A stretch of 64,000 bases of DNA from an uncultured Kofleriaceae bacterium (GCA_964618145.1 CAZTZR010000003.1:997-64996), one strand, 5' to 3'. Shown: positions 50,933 to 62,065, counted from the first letter of the stretch. Numbers and translations: made by a program. The notes: generated from the sequence alone by a model not told the origin.

Positions 50933-52421
50933 GAATTTTTCCTTTTTTCACGGCTTCCAGAAAAGCCACCACCACCTGTGGATCAAACTGCGTAGAGGAG
51001 TTGGTGCGCAGTTCTTCCAGGGCCACCTGCATGGGAAGCGCCTTGCGGTACGAACGGTCGGAGGTCATGGCGTCATAGGTGTCGGCCACGGCGATGATTC
51101 GTCCGAGAAGGGGAATCTCCTCGCCGGCAAGACCCTGTGGGTAACCTTGTCCGTCATAGCGTTCATGGTGGCAGTATACGCCGGAGATCAGGTGTCTCAT
51201 GAAGGGAATGGGCTCCAGGATCTGCTTGCCCATTTCCGGGTGGCGCCGGAACATGCGGATTTCCGGCGCATTGAGTTTTCCGGCTTTGTTCAGTTTCTGG
51301 GAGGAAATGCCGATCTTGCCGATGTCGTGCAGTTGTCCCGCGAAGAAGATGTCCTCCACGAGGGAATCGCCCAACTGGAGTTCCTCGGCAATGATGCGAC
51401 TGTACATCGCCACACGGTCGGAATGGCCGCGGGTATAGGGATCGTTCTGTTCAATGGCCCGGGCGAACCCGAGAATGGATTGCTGGAAGTTTTCCTGCAG
51501 TTGGCGATTGGCTTCCACCAGTTCCCGGTTGGCTCCCTTGAGTTGTTCCACCAATCGGGTGTTTTCCAGGGCCGCCGCCGCCTTGGTGGCCAGGATGTGC
51601 AGGAATTTGCGGTGTCCCTCGGTGATGATGGAACGCCTGTTGTATGAAGCCAGAACCAGGATGCCAAGAAGCCTGCCGGGGACATGCAGGGGCACCGCGC
51701 AGAAGGAGGACAGGGGCTGGCTTTCCGGGTGCTTCAGGAATTCGACACCGTCATTTCCCTGGATGAGCAGGGAATTCTCGGTGATGAGCAAAGCGCCGAT
51801 GCGGTTGGCGTCCACCACAAGACCCGCCGAGGCTTGTGGGCCTCCGGTGAGGGTTTTGGCCGGGAGGAAGCGGGTTTCCGCACTGGAGAAAACCGTGAGG
51901 TAAACGTAGTCACACTGGGTTTCCGCGATGGAAGCTTCCAGGATCTCGTTCAGGATGCGATCGGTATCGCTTTCGTGCGCCATGGTCTCGGCGATACGGT
52001 ACAGGTTGACGGTTTCCTTCAGGGTGATGTATTCGCGCAACAGGCGCTGGCGGTCGAAACCCCGGTCCAGGACGGAGAGGACTTCTTCCATCTTGAAGGG
52101 TTTGAGAATGTAGTCATCGGCACCGACCTTCATGGCCTGGACGGCGGTTTCAATGGTTCCGTACCCGGTCATGATGACCTTGACCAACTGATAGCCCCGG
52201 GTGGCGATTTCGGTCATCAGTTCCAGACCGTTCATCTGGGGCATCATCAGGTCGGACAAAATGGCGTCGTAATGATCCTCTTCAAGTTCAACCAGGGCAT
52301 CGGCTCCAGACGCCACCGTCACCACGTCATAACCTTCCCCGGAAAGGAAATCCTCAAGCACTTCCCGGATGACCATTTCATCGTCGACGATCAATATGTT
52401 TTTATGCTCACTGCTACTCAT
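50925..52421 (-). CDS. Response regulator with receiver, GAF and HD-GYP (c-di-GMP phosphodiesterase) domains
   Basis: [11 protein letters not shown]...LSDLMMP receiver; HD motif [24 protein letters not shown] motif. Confidence 0.85.
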
Positions 52422-52615
52422 CCGGTCTCCTTGACGTCGTTGGTAAAACCTCCGGCGGGTTCCCGGTCAAAACACCGGCCACAATCTAGAAAAAAACGCT
52501 GGAAAGGTCAATGAAATTCGGGTGAATTCCAGGCCAAATGCAACCGGATCGAAGTGCCAGGGAATTGTATGCCGGAAACGGTGTTGTTGGCCACAGGGAG
52601 TGGGGGATTGTGCGG

Positions 52616-53548
52616 TCAGAAAGGCTGGGCGGCGATGCTGCGGATGCACTGGCGCATCACCACGAAGTCCAGGTCCGTGATGATGGAATAACCGATGCCG
52701 TTATGGGAAAAGAGGGCCACCATCCGGCCACCGGGAGTGGTGCTGATGTAGTCTTCTTCGTCGATCTGGTCGAGGGACTCCACCGACGGGATGTCCACGA
52801 TGTCCGGAATCATGTCCGGGCGGAACATGAAAACCGTTACACGCCGGCCGTTGACGTTGTAGAACAGTTGGACGGCTTCGCGGTCCTGGAAGCGGCTCAT
52901 GCGACCGCCTTCCATCTTGGCTCCCCAGGAGGCCAGTTGTGGCGGTGGGGCATAGAAACCCGACTTGGAGGCATACCAGCGGGCCACGGTTTCCAGATCC
53001 GGAGTCTGGATTTCGGCAGGAAGCGGACGGACGTGTTCCACCACCAGGTTTTCCATGACCTGCGGGGTGATGATGCGCTTCCTGAAGCGGGAAACCGCCG
53101 GGGAAGAAAACTGTTTCAAGTGTGTCTTGGATCGCAGTTGCACGGGAATGGCATGGGATTTACCTTCCGGAGCGGGTGCGGCGGCCACTTCCACTGGAGT
53201 GGCACGGGCATCGGCTCCGGGTTCCCGGGAAACCTGATGGAACCAGGAATACCCTCCATAGACCGCCAGGGCGAAAACGGCGGTGGCGGTTCCCAGGCGC
53301 AGGATGTTGACAAAAATGAGGCTGGAGGATTTCGACGAGATGTCCGCATGAATGCGTTCCACCAGGGCCGCCGGCGCCTTTTTCATTTCAATGCGCCGGA
53401 CCAGATCCTTGATCTCCATGGCTTCTTCGAGCAGGGAATCACATCGCCTGCACGAACCCACATGCTCTTCGAGTTCCTGTCGGTCCTGACGGGCAACTTC
53501 CTTGTCGATGTACAGGGAAATGAGTTTTTCGACTTCGCGGCAATCCAT
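52616..53548 (-). CDS. Anti-sigma factor (zf-HC2 zinc-finger N-domain, single TM, periplasmic C-domain)
   Basis: MDCREVEKLISLYIDKEV...HVGSCRRCDSLL; TM ATAVFALAVYGGY. Adjacent to the ECF sigma gene. Confidence 0.75.
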   Translation of the reverse strand: MDCREVEKLISLYIDKEVARQDRQELEEHVGSCRRCDSLLEEAMEIKDLVRRIEMKKAPAALVERIHADISSKSSSLIFVNILRLGTATAVFALAVYGGYSWFHQVSREPGADARATPVEVAAAPAPEGKSHAIPVQLRSKTHLKQFSSPAVSRFRKRIITPQVMENLVVEHVRPLPAEIQTPDLETVARWYASKSGFYAPPPQLASWGAKMEGGRMSRFQDREAVQLFYNVNGRRVTVFMFRPDMIPDIVDIPSVESLDQIDEEDYISTTPGGRMVALFSHNGIGYSIITDLDFVVMRQCIRSIAAQPF

Positions 53549-53567
53549 GACAGTGTAACTCCTGCAC

Positions 53568-54107
53568 CTAAAACGGAATGATCTGACCGGAGAGGGAATC
53601 CCCGGTTTCCTCGGACTGATTCATGTTCAAAATGATTTCCTTCATGCGCTTGCGGGCCCGGAACAGACGGCTCATCACGGTACCAATGGGACATTCCATG
53701 ATGTCGGCGATTTCCTGGTAGGAAAATTCCTGGATGTCACAGAGCACCAGGGGGAGGCGGAAATCCGAAGGCAGTTGATCCAGGGCCTTCTGCAGTTCCT
53801 GGGCCAGCAGACGGCGTTCTCCGGCGTTGGAGCGGGTGTCGGGATCCGCAGTGGCATTGAGGGTCACGTCATCGAATGCCGTGAACATGGCCTGATTGCG
53901 TTTTTGTTCGTGATACCTGTCGTAGAACAGGCGGGTCATGATGCGGAACATCCAGGCCTTGAAGTTGGTGCCGCGTTCAAACGTTTCAAAATATTTGAAG
54001 GCCTTGAGGTAGGTGTCCTGCACCAGATCCTGGGCGTGTTCTTCGTTGCGGGTGAGTTTCATGGCCGTGCCGTACAGTGCGTCCATGACGGGGGTGGCCA
54101 ATGTCAT
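53568..54107 (-). CDS. ECF-family RNA polymerase sigma-70 factor
   Basis: Region 2 DLVQDTYLKAFKYF...; region 4 FSYQEIADIMECPIGTVMSRLFRARKRMK. ORF extends to 54191. Confidence 0.85.
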   Translation of the reverse strand: MTLATPVMDALYGTAMKLTRNEEHAQDLVQDTYLKAFKYFETFERGTNFKAWMFRIMTRLFYDRYHEQKRNQAMFTAFDDVTLNATADPDTRSNAGERRLLAQELQKALDQLPSDFRLPLVLCDIQEFSYQEIADIMECPIGTVMSRLFRARKRMKEIILNMNQSEETGDSLSGQIIPF

Positions 54108-54230
54108 GAATTCTTTGGAACGATCCTTTTTCCAGCCGAGCACAGGTTCCTCCTTCTGGTGAGCATTTTTGACCATTCTCAACATGGCCATGAATGGCTC
54201 ACGGGGTCTGCAACGGCCCGGAGGGTAGTT

Positions 54231-55133
54231 TTATTCCGGGTCCATCGTATTGAGGGCATCTTGCGCCCACAACCGGTTGCGACGCAGCCGCCAGGCGGGC
54301 TGATCCGCAAAAACCGTATTTTTATACTCCGGTTTTTTCCAGAAATCCAGTTCAGGCAGATCCGTCCGGATGCCGGAAAGATCCCGCCCGGAATCCGGAT
54401 GTACATGGGGACAGACGGAAACACAGGTTTCACAGCCGAAAAAACGACCTTCTCCTTTGGCGAATATTTCAGGCGGCGGCTCCTCTCTGGAGGCTGTCGT
54501 GTAGTAGGAAAGGCAAAGCCGGGCATCCAGTACGCCGTCTTTGGACAGCGCCCCAGTGGGACAGAACCGGATGCAGCGGTTGCACCGGGCGCAGGGTCGC
54601 AGGGCCGGTTCGGTGGGTTCGATTTCCTGGGTGAACAGGATTTCGCCAAGAACCACGTTGGGACCCACGGAAGGAACAATGAGGCAGCCGTTGGTTCCGG
54701 CAAATCCCAAACCGGCCTGCAGGGCGAGATGACGCTCCGGCAGGGGGGCGGTGTCCACGCAGACCCGGTACTGCCCGGGCATTTGTGTGCAGAATCGTTC
54801 GGCGGCTTCCACAAGCACCCGGCGCACCCGGACATGGTAATCTTCTCCGATGGCATACCCTGCCACCGGCGGAGGCGGATCCGGGGGCAGGTGCACCGGA
54901 TGGGGAAAGGCGGCACAGACGATGGATTTTACACCTGCAAGCAGGTTTTCCGGATCCTGCTTCAGTTCCAGGTGGGCGGACAGATAGTCCATGCCCGCCT
55001 GCTGTCCCGAGGACAGCCAGTCCCTCACGCGTTGCGGAGCCTCCATGCGTTGTGCAAGGACCACACCCGCAGCGGCGGCTCCCAGTTCCAGCAGGGTGTC
55101 CACGAGAAAGGAGCGGGCGGCTTGAGGCTTCAT
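54231..55133 (-). CDS. queG: Epoxyqueuosine reductase QueG (B12/4Fe-4S)
   Basis: Start MKPQAARSF at 55133. CARCNRCIRFCPTGAL and CETCVSVCPH ferredoxin motifs. ORF extends spuriously to 55688. Confidence 0.8.
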   Translation of the reverse strand: MKPQAARSFLVDTLLELGAAAAGVVLAQRMEAPQRVRDWLSSGQQAGMDYLSAHLELKQDPENLLAGVKSIVCAAFPHPVHLPPDPPPPVAGYAIGEDYHVRVRRVLVEAAERFCTQMPGQYRVCVDTAPLPERHLALQAGLGFAGTNGCLIVPSVGPNVVLGEILFTQEIEPTEPALRPCARCNRCIRFCPTGALSKDGVLDARLCLSYYTTASREEPPPEIFAKGEGRFFGCETCVSVCPHVHPDSGRDLSGIRTDLPELDFWKKPEYKNTVFADQPAWRLRRNRLWAQDALNTMDPE

Positions 55134-55295
55134 GTCCCCCGATGTATCACAGGCTAGCCACACCGGAAAGACCAAAGCGGCCCGTTTCCCAACTTGACAG
55201 ACCGGGGGTTCCCGGGGATAGTGCCGCACGTTGACCTTTGCAGAACCTCCATCCCCTGGCGGGTTCTGCCTCTTTTCACAGGAAGCTGACCTTTC

Positions 55296-56333
55296 ATGAA
55301 CGAATCCTTTTTCACACTGACGCCGGATACGGTGTTGCGGGCGCTGGAATCCAGCGGCCTGCGTCCCACCGGGCACTGCATGACCCTGAATTCCTACGAG
55401 AACCGGGTGTATGATCTCAAGTTGGAGGACAACACCCACGTGGTGAGCAAATTCTATCGCCCCGGTCGCTGGAGTCGCCAGCAGATCCAGGAAGAGCATG
55501 ATTTCCTGCTGGAATTGGCGGAACATGAAATTCCGGTTTGTGCTCCCCGGCGGTTTTCCGACGGGGAGACCATTCATGAAACCGCTGGAATCATGTATGC
55601 AATATGGCCGCGAACGGGTGGCCGGAGCCAGAATGAACCGGACGATGGGGCACTGGAAATCCTCGGCCGGTATCTGGCCCGCATCCACAACGTGGGCGCT
55701 TCACGTCCCGCCTCCGGCCGGCTGGTTCTGGGATCCGACACCTATGCCCGGGCACCTTTGACATATCTGCTGGAGAACGGATTCCTGCCGGACCACCTGG
55801 CAGGAAGATTCAGCCGGGCGGTCGGGGAAATCGCCGACATTTATGACAGCCTGAGCCGGGATGTTCCCGTGCACCGGATCCACGGGGATTGCCACCTGGG
55901 AAATCTCCTGCAGGGTGAAGCCGGCTGGTTTTTCCTGGATTTTGATGATTTTCTCACTGGTCCCGCAGTACAGGATTTCTGGATGCTCCTGATGGATCGG
56001 GATGCCGAGGGTCTGCGCCGGCGACAGGTGTTTGTGGACGCCTACCGACAGTTCCGGGATTTTGACACGGACTGGTTGAGGCTGGTGGAACCCCTGCGTG
56101 CCTTGCGCTTCATCCATTATTGCGCATGGATCGCACGGCGCTGGGACGATCCGGCTTTTCCGGCGGCGTTCCCGCATTTCGGTACCCTGGAATACTGGGA
56201 AGCCGAGACGACGGATCTGGAAAAGCAACTGGATTTCATCCACCGACAGCCCGATTCGGGTCTGTCTTCTTGTCCGGAAAAGACACCCGAACCCGAACTC
56301 ACCAACCGGGATTTCTTCTGGGACATGGAATAG
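55296..56333 (+). CDS. srkA: Stress-response Ser/Thr kinase SrkA/RdoA (YihE)
   Basis: HGDCHLGNLL catalytic loop; FLDFDDF; overall YihE-like length and N-terminus. Confidence 0.8.
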   Translation: MNESFFTLTPDTVLRALESSGLRPTGHCMTLNSYENRVYDLKLEDNTHVVSKFYRPGRWSRQQIQEEHDFLLELAEHEIPVCAPRRFSDGETIHETAGIMYAIWPRTGGRSQNEPDDGALEILGRYLARIHNVGASRPASGRLVLGSDTYARAPLTYLLENGFLPDHLAGRFSRAVGEIADIYDSLSRDVPVHRIHGDCHLGNLLQGEAGWFFLDFDDFLTGPAVQDFWMLLMDRDAEGLRRRQVFVDAYRQFRDFDTDWLRLVEPLRALRFIHYCAWIARRWDDPAFPAAFPHFGTLEYWEAETTDLEKQLDFIHRQPDSGLSSCPEKTPEPELTNRDFFWDME

Positions 56334-56378
56334 GCATGAACCCTGGAAAACCGGAGGAGGAGGAGGGAACCCGGGGGC

Positions 56379-57899
56379 TCATCGTCCCGACGGTGGCGGG
56401 GGAGGCGTCTTGGCACACGGTGATCCGGGGGACGCCAGTTGCATTCCCCGGGTGATGTCCGGGAACAGGAAACGGAAGTCGTAGGTGAGTTCCAGTCCGG
56501 GGGTTTCGGCGGCGGCCATGGTTTTCATGTAAGCGGCATTGTCGGTTTTCCAGTTGGTCTTGAGTTGGCGTGCGTACAGGAACAGCGCACACCGCACCCA
56601 GTCCCGTTTCAGAAGGCTGCCGGCCAGGCGACTGCGGGAATAGAAGCGGTCATGGGCCCGGATTTGTGCCTGCTGCAGGGAAAGCGGCGAGATGCCCCTT
56701 GGTTCGAACACCACATGGTGGGTGTCGTACAGGGAATAATCCGTCAAACGAATCCGATCCTGGCTTTTCAGCTGATCAAACAGGGAGGTGCCCGGAAATG
56801 GCGTGAGGATCAGGAACTGGGCCGACCAGATGCCGCTGTCCACGGCAAACGCCAGGGTGGCGTCCATCATTTCCGGAGTGTCGTCATCAAACCCGAACAC
56901 AAACATGCCGTGGACGTCGATTCCGGCATTGGCGAACCTGCGGACGGCGTCCTTCATGCCCTGGACATTCTGCTGCTTGCGGGTTTTTTTCAGTACGGCC
57001 GGATTTACAGATTCAAAGCCGATGAAGACATGCGAACAGTGGGTGTTGTGCATCAGTCGGAGCATTTCCGGATCCGTGGCGCAGTCGGTACGCACCTGGC
57101 TGGACCAGTTGGCCACGGGCCGTACGTCCCGCATGGTACGCAGCAGATCCTTGGCCCGTCGCTTGTCCGCAGTGAAGTTGTCGTCGTAGAAGAAGGCGTG
57201 GACGTTCTGTCCCTTCCATCTTTCCAGTTCCGCCATGACGTGATCCCGGCTGCGGCTGCGCAGGCGCCGGCCGAACATGCCGATGACGGAGCAGAAGGTG
57301 CAGCCGAAGGGACACCCGCGGGTGGCCTGCACCGGAATGATGGGATACATGCCGAGCCCCAGCGCCTTTCCCCAGCCATGGATGAGGGAAAAATCCGGTG
57401 CCGGAAGATCGTCCAGATCCACCACCTGTTCCGACGCTGCGTTGTGCTGCACGGATCCTTCCGGATCCTTCCAGGAAAGCCCCGGAACCTGTTGCACCGG
57501 CCGATTGCGCGAAAAGGCATCCAGAAACTGCATGAAAGTGAGTTCGGCCTCTCCTCGAAGGACATAATCACAGTGTTCCAGGGCTTCTTCCGCACAGAAC
57601 GTGACATGGGGTCCGCCCATGATGACCGGGATGTTCCGTTTGCCCAGGGCGTCCGCCAGGGCATAGGCCCTCGACGCAGTGCCGGTGATGCTGGAGATGC
57701 CCACCAGATCGGCCTTGAGCACGACACTGTAATCAATGGGGGCCAAGTCCTCCACAAAAACGGTGACATCCCAGCCCCTGGCCCGGGCCAGAGTGGCCAG
57801 AAGTACCGCGCCCAGCCGGGGCAGGCGCATGCGGGAGTAAATGTGCCGGCCGGGAGCCTTCGGTTCGATCAGGATGAGACGTTTCGGGGTGTGTTTCAT
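56379..57899 (-). CDS. B12-binding-domain radical SAM protein (class B rSAM)
   Basis: N-terminal cobalamin-binding Rossmann region (LILIEPKAP...DLVGIS...IPVIMGGPHVT). Radical SAM CPFGCTFC. Confidence 0.8.
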   Translation of the reverse strand: MKHTPKRLILIEPKAPGRHIYSRMRLPRLGAVLLATLARARGWDVTVFVEDLAPIDYSVVLKADLVGISSITGTASRAYALADALGKRNIPVIMGGPHVTFCAEEALEHCDYVLRGEAELTFMQFLDAFSRNRPVQQVPGLSWKDPEGSVQHNAASEQVVDLDDLPAPDFSLIHGWGKALGLGMYPIIPVQATRGCPFGCTFCSVIGMFGRRLRSRSRDHVMAELERWKGQNVHAFFYDDNFTADKRRAKDLLRTMRDVRPVANWSSQVRTDCATDPEMLRLMHNTHCSHVFIGFESVNPAVLKKTRKQQNVQGMKDAVRRFANAGIDVHGMFVFGFDDDTPEMMDATLAFAVDSGIWSAQFLILTPFPGTSLFDQLKSQDRIRLTDYSLYDTHHVVFEPRGISPLSLQQAQIRAHDRFYSRSRLAGSLLKRDWVRCALFLYARQLKTNWKTDNAAYMKTMAAAETPGLELTYDFRFLFPDITRGMQLASPGSPCAKTPPPPPSGR

Positions 57900-58181
57900 G
57901 TGGAAACCTCCTTGTTTACCCCTTTGTACCGGAACCCCCGGAGAATGTTGTAATGACGGACTTTACGTTGTGACCGGAACTGGACAAGTCTGTTCAGGCA
58001 CATGAATTCATTGGGAAAATCAAAACGGGGCTAAACCGCCGTTTTTCACCCGGGGAGGCCCGGATTTTTGAAATGCGAAAAATACCTTGATAACAAATGA
58101 TTTTTTTCGTTCTGATGAAACACAGACATAATGCCCGAACCGGGGAGGGCATAGAGCAGTGTATGCACTCTTTGCCTTCGG

Positions 58182-59084
58182 TCAGGGGTTTGCCAAAAAA
58201 TCCGTGATTTTTCCGATCAGGCCCGGGTGGTTTTCCAGAAGGGCGAAGTGGGAGGCATCGGGAATCACTTCATACCGGGCATCCGGCAAAAGATTTGCCG
58301 TGCGTTCCATGGCCGGACATGGAGTGACCCAGTCGGCGGTTCCTCCGGTGACATATGCCGGCAGTTTCATGTGGGGCAGATGATCCCAGCCATCGTGGCG
58401 GCATAACTCCAGCAGGGTGCGGCCGTAGGTCTCCGGATTGTGGGAAAGCACGCCCCTGGTGCATTTTTCAAACAATTCCGGATCACAGCGCCGCCCGGTA
58501 AAACCGATGACATACAGAAACTCGCGGACAGCGGGTTCCAGCGGATTCAGGGCACCGTTCAGCACAAGGGGCAGGGCGGGATGCTTCAGCGCTTCGCCAA
58601 GAAGTCCCACCAGGAGTTTTTCAAGGGGACGGGAGAAGGTTTCCAGAAACGGCCGGCCCGGGGCCCCGAACAGCAGGGCCAGCCGGGTGAACCGGTCGTT
58701 TATGCGGCGGTGCGTTTCCACGAGCACCGGGACGCCCATGGACCAACCGGCGGCGGCCACCGCCTGTCCGGGCGCGAAGTGCTCCAGGATGGCCAGTACA
58801 TCGGCGGCCTGGGCGGACATGGATACATCCGGGGAACACAGGGGTACGGAACCGCCCAGACCACGCTGATCCCACCCCAGCACACAGGCCCCGGCTGCGG
58901 TCAGGGCGCGGGCCAGGGGGTCCATGCCGTACCAGCCGACACCGATGCCGTTGGCCAGGAGGACCACAGGACCGTCAGACGGTCCCGTCCGGTACACGGC
59001 CAGGGGGGTGCCGTCATCGCCAGGAACGTACAGGATGTCGTAGGAAAGACCCCTGAATTCAAATGTGGAAATCACAGGAATCAT
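58182..59084 (-). CDS. Alpha/beta-fold hydrolase
   Basis: Start MIPVISTFEFRG overlapping the upstream stop (ATGA). GWSMG nucleophile elbow. Confidence 0.75.
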   Translation of the reverse strand: MIPVISTFEFRGLSYDILYVPGDDGTPLAVYRTGPSDGPVVLLANGIGVGWYGMDPLARALTAAGACVLGWDQRGLGGSVPLCSPDVSMSAQAADVLAILEHFAPGQAVAAAGWSMGVPVLVETHRRINDRFTRLALLFGAPGRPFLETFSRPLEKLLVGLLGEALKHPALPLVLNGALNPLEPAVREFLYVIGFTGRRCDPELFEKCTRGVLSHNPETYGRTLLELCRHDGWDHLPHMKLPAYVTGGTADWVTPCPAMERTANLLPDARYEVIPDASHFALLENHPGLIGKITDFLANP

Positions 59085-60124
59085 GGAGTGACGATGTCGA
59101 AGGCCGACGGGATGTCCCGATCGGAACAACTCATGTCCATGCTGGTGCTGTCTGCACAGGCACTCACCGTGAAGGTGTGCACGTTGCCGACAGACGCGAG
59201 GGAAGCGTACAGGGTGACGGCCCGGTCGTTTCCGGTGCCGTTGTAACCGTAGAAATAGAACCTGTAGGTTCCGGCACCGGTGTTCCATACATAGCCCTTG
59301 CGGGGGGTAGTCAGGGTACCTTCCACGGTTTCACCCAGTTCATCCACCGCATAGGTCCAGATACGGCTCCAGTCGAAGAATCCCAAAGCGGAGGACTGCC
59401 AGGAAGAACTGACCTGGTAATAATATCCATCAGCGAGCAGGGTCCATGTGTCGGCACCCAGAACCTGTTGCTGGGAGTCGGTGTCCATGATGGTGACATT
59501 GTCCAAAGTCCCCTGCTGGGCGAACACGGAAGCGGAATTGTCCACCCGGGCGAGCAGGTACCGGGTGGGTCCGGTGTATTCATCCGTGGAGGTGGTGGAT
59601 TCGAACACGAACTGCAGGGAATCCGTGGACAGGCGGGTGGCACGCCAGGTGATGGTATCTCCGCCGTCCTGCATGGTGAGAACCACCTCGTTGTCCGTGG
59701 TTCCGGCTGCAACGGTCATGCTGATGGAACCAGGAGCCTGGGGTGTGTCACCCAGAAAGTCGTTGAAAAGCAGATACTGGACGGCAGTGATGTCCACGGA
59801 AGTGGCAGTCAGGCGGTTGATCAGGAAATTCCCCACCACCGAAACGGATACTTCATCACCCCCCGGAAGGGTCACCGGGACCGGCGAGGCGGTGAGGGTC
59901 ATTTCTTCGGGACCTTCCTCGGTTTCCATGACCAGTTCCACCGCAGTGATGCGCCAGTAGCCACGCACCTTGTCCGATGGGTCATTCTGGTTGTTCTGGT
60001 TGTTCTGGTTGTTCTGGTTGTTCTGGTTGTTCTGATTATTTTCCGACAATTTGCTGCCAACCGTGCAACCAAAAACCAGAAAAGCCGATAATAAGAAGAG
60101 TGCACTCCTGAAATGGCGTTGCAT
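59081..60124 (-). CDS. Lipoprotein with (NNQ)n linker, hypothetical
   Basis: MQRHFRSALFLLSAFLVFGC lipobox. NNQNNQNNQNNQNNQNNQN encoded by a 9-bp tandem repeat. Confidence 0.75.
   Translation of the reverse strand: MQRHFRSALFLLSAFLVFGCTVGSKLSENNQNNQNNQNNQNNQNNQNDPSDKVRGYWRITAVELVMETEEGPEEMTLTASPVPVTLPGGDEVSVSVVGNFLINRLTATSVDITAVQYLLFNDFLGDTPQAPGSISMTVAAGTTDNEVVLTMQDGGDTITWRATRLSTDSLQFVFESTTSTDEYTGPTRYLLARVDNSASVFAQQGTLDNVTIMDTDSQQQVLGADTWTLLADGYYYQVSSSWQSSALGFFDWSRIWTYAVDELGETVEGTLTTPRKGYVWNTGAGTYRFYFYGYNGTGNDRAVTLYASLASVGNVHTFTVSACADSTSMDMSCSDRDIPSAFDIVTP
59990..60050. repeat. 9-bp tandem repeat (ctggttgtt)x6 encoding (NNQ)n
   Basis: Perfect copies visible at 59995-60047. Confidence 0.8.
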
Positions 60125-60359
60125 GACGTTCCTCCTGTGAGCCGTTCTGGGAATTCCCGGGGGAAATGTTGAAAAATAGTTTTCCCGACGACTCCTGCGC
60201 GAAAGGTATCATGAACCGTACGGGATTGGCAAGTGGCACCTGAAAAATATCGAGAAGTTTTTCCTGTGCTACGGGAAGAAAAAGGCTTTGAACGAATACT
60301 TCCTTGAAATTCACGGTGGATTTCTCCATAATGCCTGTTCGATGGGCTGAAGGTTTGAG

Positions 60360-60737
60360 GTGTGCATGATGAAAATTCCCGACAACATGTCTTCCCGGGT
60401 GACCGGCCCCGGAATGGTCCGATCTTCCATGCCGGTGCAGGACTCCGGCCCGACGGAGGGTAAATCACCCGTTCGTCCTGAAACCCCGGTTTCCGAAAGT
60501 TCTTCACAAATTGCCCAGTTGGTTGAGACTGGACAGGTGACTCCAGCCCAGGCCATGGAACTGGTCATAGACGGGATTGTGGCCAATTCCGGAACATCCG
60601 ATCCTGCCGGAATGAAGGATTTTCTGCTTTCCCAGATGACCACGGACCCCCAGTTGCGCCTGCTGGCCGCCCAACTGGGGCTCGACGTCCATGCCCTGGA
60701 AACCCTCGCCGGTGTTTCCGCAGAGGTGGAATCATGA
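60360..60737 (+). CDS. Hypothetical protein (Ser/Pro-rich N-terminus)
   Basis: ORF overlapping the start of the downstream lipoprotein gene by 4 nt. Weak support. Confidence 0.35.
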   Translation: MCMMKIPDNMSSRVTGPGMVRSSMPVQDSGPTEGKSPVRPETPVSESSSQIAQLVETGQVTPAQAMELVIDGIVANSGTSDPAGMKDFLLSQMTTDPQLRLLAAQLGLDVHALETLAGVSAEVES

Positions 60738-62065
60738 GAAGACCCCACGTTTTGTTGAGAGTTCTTTTGGCAACGTTGGCAGTCCTGGCTTTTGTCGCAT
60801 GTGACAGCGATCCCAGGGTCACCGGCCCGAAAAATTACATCATCGGACAGCCCGTGACCATCCGCGTGGAAAAGGGTTCCAATTTCGTGGAAGGACAGTT
60901 CAAGATTGTGGATGCGGAAAACGGCATTTTCACACCTACCTCCAGTTCCATGGACTACCGGTTCAACAGCGGAAAGGAAATCAGTTTTCGCATCCCTCCC
61001 CATGTGGCGGAGGGGCCAGCCACGTTTGAAATCGGGTCCACCAGTGGCCCCTATCGCATAGATGTGAACCTGTTTCGGGGTTTTGTTTCCGGAGACGGAT
61101 CCGGCAACCTGATCATGCGTTCCATTGGTACACCGTCCCGGGTGCTGCGCCGGGGCAGCATGGGTGAAGGAATCTATCAACTCAGGATGTTGAGCGACCA
61201 GGGATCGTTTGTGGTGTTTTCCCCGGCAGAGGGACGTATTGACTGGCTTTCCATTGACAGCAGTGACACCTCCCGCTTCGGTATTGTGGCCCCGTCGCTT
61301 TCCATTGCATCGGATACCCCGGGGGTGAATGCGAAGCCCGCTGACATACTGGCCCTGACCCGGGGGCTGGTAGTGGCCACCGACAGGGGTGTGGGTACGC
61401 TGCTGGTCAGTGCCGTGGGTTCCGGATCCGAGGTGACTTTCGGCAGCTGGATTTCCCAGGCGGCATCCTTCACGTCCCTGGCCATCAGTTCCGTGCTTTC
61501 CGAGGGGACCGGCGCCCGCATTGTGGCGGCTGGCGGCACAGGCGGTTCCGAAAGCGTGCTGGTGGTATTCAATTCCGTGCCGTTCCCCTCCAACAATTCC
61601 ACGAAGGTGCAGATCCCCCTGACGGACGAGAGCAGCAATGTGACCGACGTGGCCATCGGTGCCAATGGCCAGTACATGGCCGCGGTCGTTCCGGACCTGA
61701 ACCGTCTTTTCCTGGTGGAGTTCAGTTCCCGGAATGTGGTTCCCACAACTCTGGGATCCTGCCAGAATCCGCGTATGCTGCGGTTTGTGGCCGGCGACCA
61801 GCGGCTGGCCGTTTTGTGCGTCAATTCCAAGACCCTGGAAATTTTTTCCGTGTCGGGTACCACGGCCACCCCCTTCCGTTCCCTGGATGTGGGTACGAGC
61901 ACGAAGAACCCTCTGGCCATGTACTACGATCCCAGTGGCTTGCTGTATGTTTCCCTGCAGAACGGCGGCCTGCAGGTAATCGAGGCCGGATCGTCGAACC
62001 CGTCCGTGGTTACGGTTCCCGGGTTCGAAAACGTCACGGCCGCCAGTTTCTTCATCCAGCCCTAG
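60734..62065 (+). CDS. Hypothetical lipoprotein (beta-rich, possible beta-propeller)
   Basis: MRRPHVLLRVLLATLAVLAFVAC lipobox. Confidence 0.7.
   Translation: MRRPHVLLRVLLATLAVLAFVACDSDPRVTGPKNYIIGQPVTIRVEKGSNFVEGQFKIVDAENGIFTPTSSSMDYRFNSGKEISFRIPPHVAEGPATFEIGSTSGPYRIDVNLFRGFVSGDGSGNLIMRSIGTPSRVLRRGSMGEGIYQLRMLSDQGSFVVFSPAEGRIDWLSIDSSDTSRFGIVAPSLSIASDTPGVNAKPADILALTRGLVVATDRGVGTLLVSAVGSGSEVTFGSWISQAASFTSLAISSVLSEGTGARIVAAGGTGGSESVLVVFNSVPFPSNNSTKVQIPLTDESSNVTDVAIGANGQYMAAVVPDLNRLFLVEFSSRNVVPTTLGSCQNPRMLRFVAGDQRLAVLCVNSKTLEIFSVSGTTATPFRSLDVGTSTKNPLAMYYDPSGLLYVSLQNGGLQVIEAGSSNPSVVTVPGFENVTAASFFIQP

Noticed and set aside
60230-60260. TGGCAC motif upstream of the 60360 ORF
   Set aside because: The -12 element reads AAATA rather than TTGC; not a convincing sigma-54 promoter.
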